Below, in pieces: positions 1 through 8,196 of a stretch of 32,991 bases of DNA. Below the pieces are notes generated by a model that saw only the letters and a program-made list of their open reading frames with translations, searched no databases and was not told the origin of the DNA. Every line of letters starts with the position of its first letter. The first letter of the stretch is position 1. The stretch is from IMG/VR virus record IMGVR_UViG_2737471869_000025; one strand, given 5' to 3'. The translations under genes were made by a program, and so were the position numbers. The DNA is from a virus. Taxonomy: Duplodnaviria; Heunggongvirae; Uroviricota; Caudoviricetes.

Positions 1-333
1 ATGGGGGAAGGTGAGGTGAATAAAATAGCTGCTATATCATTAATTAGTGTTTTTCTTATGTCTGGTTGTGCTGTGCATAATGATGAGACAAGTATCTGTA
101 AATTTGGCCTTGCATATAAAAGTAATATTCAGCGTAAACTCGATAACCAATACTACACCGAAGCCGAAGCTTCTTTAGCCAGGGGCAGAATATCTGGTGC
201 AGAAAATATAGTAAAAAATGATGCAGCCCATTTCTGTGTTACTCAGGGCAAAAAAATGCAGATAGTTGACCTGAAGACAGAAGGTGCAGGATTACATGGC
301 GTCGCTCGTCTGACATTCAAATGTGGAGAGTGA
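1..333 (+). CDS. Hypothetical host lipoprotein (left flank, outside the prophage)
   Basis: ORF beginning with ATG at window position 1; hydrophobic stretch followed by lipobox-like LMSGC; lies outside attL. Identity not recognised. Confidence 0.45.
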   Translation: MGEGEVNKIAAISLISVFLMSGCAVHNDETSICKFGLAYKSNIQRKLDNQYYTEAEASLARGRISGAENIVKNDAAHFCVTQGKKMQIVDLKTEGAGLHGVARLTFKCGE

Positions 334-395
334 GAATATTTTTTGGTAAGCGTCAAATATGCGCGTTCTGGCTGTGCGTAGCCGGAACCTGTGGG

Positions 396-428
396 AGCAC
401 GATGCCGATAAGTGAAAGGCATCGTGCT
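396..428. repeat. Perfect 11-bp inverted repeat (hairpin) in the left flank
   Basis: agcacgatgcc (396..406), 11-nt loop, ggcatcgtgct (418..428); no following T-run, so not a clear intrinsic terminator. Confidence 0.4.
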
Positions 429-490
429 ATGAAGGAGGATTCTATCGATGTGGTCAATGGAAGACGGTTACCAGAGATAGGGCTTATGCA

Positions 491-518
491 TAAAAAATAA
501 GCCCGTGTAAGGGAGATT
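491..518. repeat. attL: attL core, 28-bp direct repeat of the prophage
   Basis: taaaaaataagcccgtgtaagggagatt is identical at 491..518 and 31458..31485; matches the P2 attachment core as recalled; integrase gene immediately inside. Confidence 0.85.
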
Positions 519-597
519 TAGGGTGTCACCAGTAGGGGCTTTCAACGGTACAATGCGGGTTTGAGCGGCATAAATTACCACTGAAAGCCCTTAAACG

Positions 598-1611
598 TTA
601 CTCTACTGTGGACACTGTGTGGACACTCTCGACCTCAGTACCACCTCTTAGCGGATTAAGAGAAATGGCGTCCTGAAGGTACTCTGGCGCAAAATGAGCG
701 TAAACCATAGTTTGCTCAATCCGCGTGTGACCTAGTATCCGTTGTAGCGTGATAATACTTCCTCCATTAATCATGAAATGAGTGGCAAAGCTGTGCCTTA
801 GTGCATGTGTAGCTTGCCCCATTGGCAAATCCGGTTTTATTGCTTTCATTGTTCGTCTGAAGCGAGGGTAATCAGCATCAGGGAATAAAAAACCTCGTTT
901 GTTATCCGCGATCATTTTGGCAACAGCCTCTGAGATCGGGACGGTGCGTGGTTTGTTTGTTTTCGTTTTAACAAACGTGACGCGGTTATGGATGATATTT
1001 TCTGCTTTCAAACGAGCTGCTTCTCCCCAACGTGCTCCAGTACTCAGGCAAAGAATCGCAATCTTTTTGTTGTCGCCGTCAAGAGCAGCAAGCAGTAAGG
1101 CAATTTCTTCCTGTGTGAGATAGCCTGTGTCTGGTTTTTCCTCCTTAAGCCTTTTTGTCCCTCTGATAGGGTGCTCACCAAAGAATAACTCCGCTTCAAT
1201 CAGGGCTGTAAACATGCCGCTAATACATGTTAAATCACGATTGATACTCGAAGGTTTAATACCCTGACTTCTTCGGGTGGCGCAGTACTGGCTGATAAGC
1301 GATTTCGTAATTTGAAATGCGCATGGGTCATTCGTTATTTTTGTGAAGATTTCAATTTTTCCAAGATTAGATTTCCCATGCTCTTCGTGTTTACCCTTTA
1401 AATCCCACCAGATCTGTGTCAGCTCTGACAGACGTCGCTTGTCTGTTGGTTTTGATAGCCATTCTTTATTGTGGTGGTTGTACAACGTGTATTTCTCGAA
1501 AGCGACAGCTTCGCTTTTCTTATCAAACTTCCTACGGATGCGTTTTCCATTACGTCCAGTAGGGCGGATGTCCACTTCATATCGACCATCATCGAGTTTT
1601 TTGATTGCCAT
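598..1611 (-). CDS. int: Tyrosine integrase (P2 Int-like)
   Basis: 337 aa, near-identical to P2 integrase as recalled; conserved C-terminal HALRHSFATHF...LGH...Y motifs; adjacent to attL. Confidence 0.95.
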   Translation of the reverse strand: MAIKKLDDGRYEVDIRPTGRNGKRIRRKFDKKSEAVAFEKYTLYNHHNKEWLSKPTDKRRLSELTQIWWDLKGKHEEHGKSNLGKIEIFTKITNDPCAFQITKSLISQYCATRRSQGIKPSSINRDLTCISGMFTALIEAELFFGEHPIRGTKRLKEEKPDTGYLTQEEIALLLAALDGDNKKIAILCLSTGARWGEAARLKAENIIHNRVTFVKTKTNKPRTVPISEAVAKMIADNKRGFLFPDADYPRFRRTMKAIKPDLPMGQATHALRHSFATHFMINGGSIITLQRILGHTRIEQTMVYAHFAPEYLQDAISLNPLRGGTEVESVHTVSTVE

Positions 1612-1726
1612 CAGAAAACCCTCCGAGTGGTGTGTTTTTTTGCGACTACTAATCGCTTTTTTCGTGGTGGCTGAAATTTAGCCACCAATAGTAGGCACTT
1701 GTGATGAATATATTCACGATGAATTG

Positions 1727-2026
1727 TTAACCAGTCTTTTGACCGGAGTGGGGCGATGTTGTTTCGTTTTGCCCAAAGTGTGCGAGAGCGGGCGCAATTT
1801 GCCCGGACTCAGGAGCGATCTGATTGGTCATGAACCATAAAGTGTATTTGGTGAATTGTGGGGTCTGCAGGATGTTCATCATGACATCTGTTGGAGGTGT
1901 TGAACGACCACTTTCATAGTAACTCAGCGTGCCATACGGAACCCCTGTTAAATCAGCAAGTTGTTGTCTGCTCAAATACTCTGATTTTCGCATTAAGACT
2001 ATCTTCTCGCTTATCGTGTTTGACAT
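1727..2026 (-). CDS. C: Immunity repressor C
   Basis: 99 aa, HTH region (LSRQQLADLTGVPYGTLSYYE); position and divergent orientation relative to cox as in P2. Confidence 0.9.
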   Translation of the reverse strand: MSNTISEKIVLMRKSEYLSRQQLADLTGVPYGTLSYYESGRSTPPTDVMMNILQTPQFTKYTLWFMTNQIAPESGQIAPALAHFGQNETTSPHSGQKTG

Positions 2027-2059
2027 GGTGTTTAGATCTCAATAGTATTTAGTTTAGAT
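2020..2059 (+). promoter_or_regulatory. Early promoter Pe with C-repressor operator direct repeats
   Basis: -35 TTGACA (2020..2025), 17-bp spacer, -10 TAGTAT (2043..2048); direct repeats gtttagat at 2030..2037 and 2052..2059 flank the -10, 22 bp centre to centre, the arrangement described for the P2 C operator. Confidence 0.6.
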
Positions 2060-2140
2060 GTAGATTGTTTAGTGCTTGGATGTGGGCACTAAAAGGCATT
2101 ATAAGACATTAAACGCAATTCATGAGGGCTAGAGGACGAC

Positions 2141-2416
2141 ATGAGCAAGCAAGTAACACTCATGACTGATGCGATTCCTTATCAGGAGTTCGCAAAACTA
2201 ATAGGAAAATCGACAGGAGCGGTTCGTCGGATGATCGATAAAGGAAAGCTGCCTGTAATTGATATGACCGATCCACAATCAGCTTCAGGTCGTGCAGGTG
2301 AATATTGGGTATACCTTCCGGCATGGAATAACGGACTAAAACTGGCTTATGAAAGCCGCCCTAAAGAGATTCGTGACGGCTGGTTGATGTGGTTAGGTCT
2401 CGGTGAACCACGTTAA
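2141..2416 (+). CDS. cox: Cox (excisionase / transcriptional regulator)
   Basis: 91 aa, first gene of the rightward early operon after Pe; matches P2 Cox as recalled. Confidence 0.9.
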   Translation: MSKQVTLMTDAIPYQEFAKLIGKSTGAVRRMIDKGKLPVIDMTDPQSASGRAGEYWVYLPAWNNGLKLAYESRPKEIRDGWLMWLGLGEPR

Positions 2417-2426
2417 GGAGAACCGT

Positions 2427-2597
2427 ATGAATGAGCCTCGTTGTATTGCTCAGTTACTGCGTAACAAAAGCCCCAGGGCGATTGACTTCACCATCACCCA
2501 CGGTAAGGGGCGTAAGGGAATCATTATCCGCACCAAAAAACAGAGTCCGTTAAAAAAGGCTCTGACCTTTCTGAAAAGCCGGAGGGTATGGAAATGA
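2427..2597 (+). CDS. Small early protein (P2 orf78-like)
   Basis: ORF track frame 2403..2597; ATG at 2427 preceded by AAGGAG is the likely start; conserved position between cox and B. Confidence 0.5.
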   Translation: MNEPRCIAQLLRNKSPRAIDFTITHGKGRKGIIIRTKKQSPLKKALTFLKSRRVWK

Positions 2598-3094
2598 CAG
2601 TGATGACGCTCAATCTCGTTGAAAAACAGCCAGCAGCTATGCGCCGGATAATTGGCAAGCATCTTGCCGTCCCTCGCTGGCAGGATACATGTGATTATTA
2701 TAATCAGATGATGGAGCGCGAACGGCTAACGGTTTGCTTTCATGCACAGTTAAAACAGCGTCACGCAACGATGCGTTTTGAAGAAATGAACGACGTCGAA
2801 CGTGAACGACTGGTTTGTGCAATTGATGAATTGCGTGGCGCATTCTCAAAACGCCGTCAGGTTGGTGCAAGTGAGTATGCATATATTAGTTTTTTAACAG
2901 TCAGTCAGCGTCGCACTTTATTTATGCACGCACGACTGACTGAAAAAGAATTCAACCAGCCATACTGGCGAATTAATGAAGAATCATGTTACTGGCGTGA
3001 TGCTTTGTTCCGTGCATTACGTGAATTATTCAGCCTGTTTGAGTATGCACCGACAATTCTGACGTCGGTAAAACCAGAGCAATATCTGCATTAA
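2594..3094 (+). CDS. B: Replication protein B (helicase-loader-like)
   Basis: Matches P2 gpB as recalled; start moved to the second ATG (2594), which has a GGAGGG Shine-Dalgarno 8 nt upstream, giving 166 aa. Confidence 0.85.
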   Translation: MTVMTLNLVEKQPAAMRRIIGKHLAVPRWQDTCDYYNQMMERERLTVCFHAQLKQRHATMRFEEMNDVERERLVCAIDELRGAFSKRRQVGASEYAYISFLTVSQRRTLFMHARLTEKEFNQPYWRINEESCYWRDALFRALRELFSLFEYAPTILTSVKPEQYLH

Positions 3095-3157
3095 ATAATT
3101 AACCAGAGTTTTTAACGCACTTAATCGTGCGGGGCTTCTTTTTGCCTGGAGAAAGTC

Positions 3158-3382
3158 ATGCATACAGTTTCTGAAAATCAGTGCGGTATATACGCATTAC
3201 TGCTGCAACAGGCCAGAACCGAAGCACAGGCCGACGCTGCGACGCGCTTTTCTTCTCATCTTGACGCCATGATTCGCCACATCACAAAGGCGGAGTTATC
3301 CCGCGTGGAGATAGTCGAGCTGCTCAGTCAGGAGTCGGAAAAATTTCACAATATCGGATTGTCTCGCGGGAAGGTGCTTTGA
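3158..3382 (+). CDS. Early hypothetical protein (P2 orf80-like)
   Basis: 74-aa ORF in conserved early-operon position. Confidence 0.6.
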   Translation: MHTVSENQCGIYALLLQQARTEAQADAATRFSSHLDAMIRHITKAELSRVEIVELLSQESEKFHNIGLSRGKVL

Positions 3383-3684
3383 TGTCCTGTTCTCATTCAG
3401 TTGTATTACTGAATAACGCCTTAAAAATCGCCGTTATGAAAAATGGTGATTTGTCTCTTATTCAACTTTGTCTTGATAAAGAAAAACGCGACATAACTGA
3501 ATCTGTTATCGCGATTTATCAGAATGAATTAAACCTCCTGTCTGATGTGGTCAATTTACTTGTTAAACGCGCTGTATTCCACAAGCAAATTTCATCCGTG
3601 GATGAGCTGACAAAATTAACGACAGAAATCGCCAGCTATTGCGCTGATGAATTCAAGAAACTGAACGATAAAAGGAGCTGGTAA
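3379..3684 (+). CDS. Early hypothetical protein (P2 orf81-like)
   Basis: 101-aa ORF, start overlaps the stop of the preceding gene (translational coupling). Confidence 0.6.
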   Translation: MMSCSHSVVLLNNALKIAVMKNGDLSLIQLCLDKEKRDITESVIAIYQNELNLLSDVVNLLVKRAVFHKQISSVDELTKLTTEIASYCADEFKKLNDKRSW

Positions 3685-3908
3685 TGCCGGACAACGTAGA
3701 TTTTATTCAGGAACAACAGGCTGAATTACTGGAGCGCCAGATTAACGCGGCAAGGGTAAAACATTGCGGTGTTTCTTCGCTGGTTTGCGAAGAGTGTGAT
3801 GCGCCAATACCTGCTGCCCGTCGTGCGGCTTATCCGTCAGCCACGCGTTGTGTTTCCTGTCAGTCAGTCTTTGAAGCAAAAAACAAACATTACCGGAGAA
3901 CGGCATGA
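3684..3908 (+). CDS. TraR/DksA-family C4 zinc-finger protein (P2 orf82-like)
   Basis: 74 aa with CxxC...CxxC (CEECDAPIPAARRAAYPSATRCVSCQ) typical of the TraR/DksA zinc finger. Confidence 0.7.
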   Translation: MPDNVDFIQEQQAELLERQINAARVKHCGVSSLVCEECDAPIPAARRAAYPSATRCVSCQSVFEAKNKHYRRTA

Positions 3909-4180
3909 GTATTCGTATTGAAATTGGCGAACGTTATGTCGTTACCAGTGACAGCTTTCAGTTTATTCTCCACGAGAAAAAGAGGGCTGAAAGCGGTAAA
4001 AACGCCGGTCAGGAATGGCTGGCGGTAGTTGGTTATTACCCGAAATTAAGCCAGCTCGTTTCCGGCATGATGCATCACGATATTCTGACCGGAAGCGCAA
4101 AGTCTTTTGCTGATTTAAACGCGCAGGTTGAGCAACTCAGCAAGCGTTGTTCAGAGGCTTTTGGCTCACATGGCCGTTAA
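3905..4180 (+). CDS. Early hypothetical protein (P2 orf83-like)
   Basis: 91-aa ORF, overlaps the start of gene A. Confidence 0.55.
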   Translation: MSIRIEIGERYVVTSDSFQFILHEKKRAESGKNAGQEWLAVVGYYPKLSQLVSGMMHHDILTGSAKSFADLNAQVEQLSKRCSEAFGSHGR

Positions 4181-6434
4181 AGCCTCCGGGCATTTTGTCC
4201 CTCCGTCAGCATTTGCCGCAGGCACCGGTAAGACGTTTACCGGTGCTTATGCATGGAACGCGCCACGCGAGGCCGTCGGGCGCGAAAGACCCCTTACACG
4301 TGACGAGATGCGTCAGGTGCAAGGTGTTTTATCCACGATTAACCGCCTGCCTTACTTTTTGCGCTCGCTGTTTACTTCACGCTATGACTACATCCGGCGC
4401 AATAAAAGCCCGGTGCACGGGTTTTATTTCCTCACATCCACTTTTCAGCGTCGTTTATGGCCGCGCATTGAGCGCGTGAATCAGCGCCATGAAATGAACA
4501 CCGACGCGTCGTTGCTGTTTCTGGCAGAGCGCGACCAGTATGCGCGCCTGCCGGGGATGAATGACAAGGAGCTGAAAAAGTTTGCCGCCCGTATCTCATC
4601 ACAGCTTTTCATGATGTATGAGGAACTCTGCGATGCCTGGGTGGATGCGCATGGCGAGAAAGAATCGCTGTTTACGGATGAGGCGCAGGCTCACCTCTAT
4701 GGTCATGTTGCTGGCGCTGCACGTGCTTTCAATATTTCCCCTCTCTACTGGAAAAAATACCGTAAAGGACAGATGACCACGAGGCAGGCATATTCTGCCA
4801 TTGCCCGCCTGTTTAACGATGAGTGGTGGACTCATCAGCTTAAAGGCCAGCGTATGCGCTGGCATGAGGCGTTACTGATTGCTGTCGGGGAGGTCAATAA
4901 AGACCGTTCTCCTTATGCCAGTAAACATGCCATTCGTGATGTGCGTGCGCGCCGCCAGGCAAATCTGGAGTTTCTTAAATCGTGTGACCTTGAGAACAGG
5001 GAAACCGGCGAGCGCATCGACCTTATCAGTAAGGTGATGGGCAGTATTTCTAATCCTGAAATTCGCCGGATGGAGCTGATGAACACCATTGCCGGTATTG
5101 AGCGTTACGCCGATGCAGAGGGTGATGTGGGGATGTTTATCACGCTGACCGCGCCGTCAAAGTATCACCCGACACGTCAGGTCGGAAAAGGCGAAAGTAA
5201 AACCGTGCAGCTTAATCACGGCTGGAACGATGAGGCATTTAATCCAAAGGATGCGCAGCGTTATCTCTGCCGTATCTGGAGCCTGATGCGCACGGCATTC
5301 AAGGATAATGATTTACAGGTCTACGGTTTGCGTGTCGTCGAGCCACACCACGACGGAACGCCGCACTGGCATATGATGCTTTTTTGTAATCCACGCCAGC
5401 GTAACCAGATTATCGAAATCATGCGTCGCTACGCGCTCAAAGAGGATGGCGACGAAAGAGGAGCCGCGCGAAACCGTTTTCAGGCAAAACACCTTAACCG
5501 GGGCGGTGCTGCGGGATATATCGCGAAATACATTTCAAAAAACATCGACGGCTATGCACTGGATGGTCAGCTCGATAACGATACCGGCAGACCGCTGAAA
5601 GACACTGCGGCGGCTGTTACCGCATGGGCGTCAACGTGGCGCATCCCGCAATTTAAAACGGTTGGACTGCCGACAATGGGGGCTTACCGTGAACTACGCA
5701 AATTGCCTCGCGGCGTCAGTATTGCTGATGAGTTTGACGAACGCGTCGAGGCTGCTCGCGCCGCCGCAGACAGTGGCGATTTTGCGCTGTATATCAGCAC
5801 GCAGGGTGGGGCAAATGTTCCGCGCGATTGTCAGACTGTCAGGGTTGCCCGTAGTCCGTCGGATGACGTTAACGAGTACGAGGAAGAAGTCGAGAGAGTG
5901 GTCGGCATTTACGCGCCGCATCTCGGCGCGCGTCATATTCATATCACCAGAACGACGGACTGGCGCATTGTGCCGAAAGTTCCGGTCGTTGAGCCTTTGA
6001 CTTTAAAAAGCGGCATCGCCGCGCCTCGGAGTCCTGTCAATAACTGTGGAAAGCTCACCGGTGGTGATACTTCGTTACCGGCTCCCACACCTTCTGAGCA
6101 CGCCGCAGCAGTGCTTAATCTGGTTGATGACGGTGTTATCGAATGGGATGACCCGGATGTCGTGAGGGCGCTCAGAGGTGCATTGAAACACGGACTGAGA
6201 ACACCAAATCGTCAGCAAAGAAACGGAAGCCCGTTAAAACCGCATGAAATAGCGCCATCAGCCAGACTGACCCGGTCGGAACGAATGCAAATCACCCGTA
6301 TCCGCGTTGACCTTGCTCAGAACGGTATCAGGCCGCAGCGATGGGAACTTGAGGCGCTGGCGCGTGGAGCGACATTGGTATATGGCGAAAAAAAATTCAC
6401 ATATCAGCTTGTTGATAAGCAGTTTGGTTTTTAA
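4170..6434 (+). CDS. A: Replication initiation protein A (rolling-circle nickase)
   Basis: Near-identical to P2 gpA over most of its length as recalled; true start is the ATG at 4170 (MAVKASG...), not the upstream TTG of the ORF track; C-terminal ~25 aa diverge from P2. Confidence 0.9.
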   Translation: MAVKASGHFVPPSAFAAGTGKTFTGAYAWNAPREAVGRERPLTRDEMRQVQGVLSTINRLPYFLRSLFTSRYDYIRRNKSPVHGFYFLTSTFQRRLWPRIERVNQRHEMNTDASLLFLAERDQYARLPGMNDKELKKFAARISSQLFMMYEELCDAWVDAHGEKESLFTDEAQAHLYGHVAGAARAFNISPLYWKKYRKGQMTTRQAYSAIARLFNDEWWTHQLKGQRMRWHEALLIAVGEVNKDRSPYASKHAIRDVRARRQANLEFLKSCDLENRETGERIDLISKVMGSISNPEIRRMELMNTIAGIERYADAEGDVGMFITLTAPSKYHPTRQVGKGESKTVQLNHGWNDEAFNPKDAQRYLCRIWSLMRTAFKDNDLQVYGLRVVEPHHDGTPHWHMMLFCNPRQRNQIIEIMRRYALKEDGDERGAARNRFQAKHLNRGGAAGYIAKYISKNIDGYALDGQLDNDTGRPLKDTAAAVTAWASTWRIPQFKTVGLPTMGAYRELRKLPRGVSIADEFDERVEAARAAADSGDFALYISTQGGANVPRDCQTVRVARSPSDDVNEYEEEVERVVGIYAPHLGARHIHITRTTDWRIVPKVPVVEPLTLKSGIAAPRSPVNNCGKLTGGDTSLPAPTPSEHAAAVLNLVDDGVIEWDDPDVVRALRGALKHGLRTPNRQQRNGSPLKPHEIAPSARLTRSERMQITRIRVDLAQNGIRPQRWELEALARGATLVYGEKKFTYQLVDKQFGF

Positions 6435-6935
6435 TCAAATAGTGTATTAAATGTACTAAAATGTATCTTTTTATATAAAAAACAAAGTGCTGAATCAATT
6501 CTCAGTTTTTGTATTTTTTAGATCGTAAACCGATTAGTGTTACCAAGAGTATTCAGTTAATAGGGCTTTAATTTTTTGCTTCCCTGTTTTGGTGGTTATG
6601 TGGTACTGTTTTTTTATACAGTTTTTGAGGTTGCTGAGAAATAGAAAATGATAGAGTTATATGCGAGCCTTAGTTTAATTCGTTGTAATTAGGATTGGGT
6701 ATATCATTCGTACTGTCAGTGGTCATATACCACTAAGCAAAGCAATAGAATCCTACGAATTATTGTTTAAATAGTAACATTGGCAATTATAACGGCAGTA
6801 TCTGTGTTTTGTCTGTCAGTGGTTACATCGAGAGTATGTGATTTGCATTACATAACTAGTTGATGTTCCTTAGTTGTAGATAGAAAGTATTCGATTTATT
6901 ATAAGAGTACAAAAATTTATGCTAAGGATACTAGA

Positions 6936-7127
6936 ATGGAGTGGATTACACATATAATCACTTTCTTTGTCGGACTAGGAGCGGGTTGGTCGATTCGTGT
7001 CGTGTTTTCATCTAGAAAGCAAATTGGTGATTCCAGCGTGAACTCAAACAATCATACAGTTACTCAAACTGGTAACAGTGTTACAAATGGAAGTATTGTT
7101 GGCGGTAATCAGGATAGGTCACATTAA
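6936..7127 (+). CDS. Small membrane protein of the cargo cassette (single TM helix, Gly/Asn-rich tail)
   Basis: 63 aa; hydrophobic ITHIITFFVGLGAGWSIRVVF then polar tail ending with a GNSVTNGSIVGGNQ motif; first gene of an AT-rich four-gene block. Confidence 0.5.
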   Translation: MEWITHIITFFVGLGAGWSIRVVFSSRKQIGDSSVNSNNHTVTQTGNSVTNGSIVGGNQDRSH

Positions 7128-7138
7128 GAGGTGTTGGT

Positions 7139-7702
7139 GTGTCTATCGAACAGTCAGGAAATACCGTAACAAATGGCAACATAATTTCTGGTGATCAGAC
7201 TAATCATATATTCAATTATCCTGTTAAAGGAACTAACAGGGAGATACAGAAACTTTATGAGTGTTTGAAGAGAGGTGATATAGGGGAAGCGGTTCCGGGG
7301 TTTTGTGCTGAACTAGAGCATTATATGTCCCTTCAGCCTGATATTGATGTTCGGGGGTTAGACGCTAAATTACTCGAGAGTAATAGAAAAGATTTGTTGT
7401 TTTTAGCTAAGCAGATGAAGGAAAAAGCGACAAAAGCTATAATGCGTCGCCAGACGTCAAAAACTGCACAAAGAATATTTGTAATAATTTTAGATCAAAT
7501 TCATTTTGATTTTATAACGAAAGTAACACCACTTATAGAAGCGGATAGCTCCAGAGTGATTGTTGATGAGAAAATCGCTTCAATAATTGATGAATTATAT
7601 TCGTCTTTGGGAGAAAACTTGCTAGAGCTAACAGCAAAAGATCTCTTGGGATTACTATTTTTTCTGGGTGGCAATTGCCATATAAGGTGGGATAAATGCT
7701 AA
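7139..7702 (+). CDS. Hypothetical protein of the cargo cassette (187 aa)
   Basis: GTG start 7 nt after an AAGAGG Shine-Dalgarno; N-terminus GNTVTNGNIISGDQ repeats the C-terminal motif of the upstream ORF; no recognisable catalytic motif. Confidence 0.6.
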   Translation: MSIEQSGNTVTNGNIISGDQTNHIFNYPVKGTNREIQKLYECLKRGDIGEAVPGFCAELEHYMSLQPDIDVRGLDAKLLESNRKDLLFLAKQMKEKATKAIMRRQTSKTAQRIFVIILDQIHFDFITKVTPLIEADSSRVIVDEKIASIIDELYSSLGENLLELTAKDLLGLLFFLGGNCHIRWDKC

Positions 7703-8196
7703 TTTACCATCCAGCATATGATGCATATCATTGTTTATTCAGAATGATTGCTCTTATAGACCATGTAAATGAAATTGAGGTAGATAAGGCCAGGATTTTG
7801 GACTTCTATCTGCTATTTCCTGCTTTGGTATCTGAAATTAGAATGCCTCATAATTATTCTTCAATGAAGAAAGAAGCGAAGAAGTATTCTAATATATATC
7901 GGGATCCTATTAATGTTACATCTACATTCAGAGATATGTATGAAATTCAAATGGCAGCAATAAGATGTCTTGCAGCTACTGGGTTGGTTGAGATGGATTG
8001 TCTTGAGAAAAACATTATAAAGAGAACAGATAAGTCTGTTCCAGATGGCTTATTACTTTCTATTAATAATTTTATTAATACGAATAAAACTATTAATACA
8101 TTTATCATAGACACACTATCTAAATTCCATTTGGTTGGAAAAGATGGTTTAAAAGATAGAACGAAGTTAATGGAGTTTAGATATGACTATTCTTAA
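7696..8196 (+). CDS. Hypothetical protein of the cargo cassette (166 aa, possible middle component)
   Basis: Start overlaps the upstream stop and its own stop overlaps the ATPase start (operon-like coupling); no recognisable motif. Confidence 0.6.
   Translation: MLIYHPAYDAYHCLFRMIALIDHVNEIEVDKARILDFYLLFPALVSEIRMPHNYSSMKKEAKKYSNIYRDPINVTSTFRDMYEIQMAAIRCLAATGLVEMDCLEKNIIKRTDKSVPDGLLLSINNFINTNKTINTFIIDTLSKFHLVGKDGLKDRTKLMEFRYDYS

Noticed and set aside
899-1681. Plus-strand ORFs of 74, 112 and 67 aa
   Set aside because: Antisense to or overlapping the integrase gene and its upstream region; too short and without start context.
4128-4169. Upstream TTG start proposed by the ORF track for gene A
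   Set aside because: The ATG at 4170 gives the conserved N-terminus MAVKASG; the TTG extension overlaps orf83 and is unlikely to be used.
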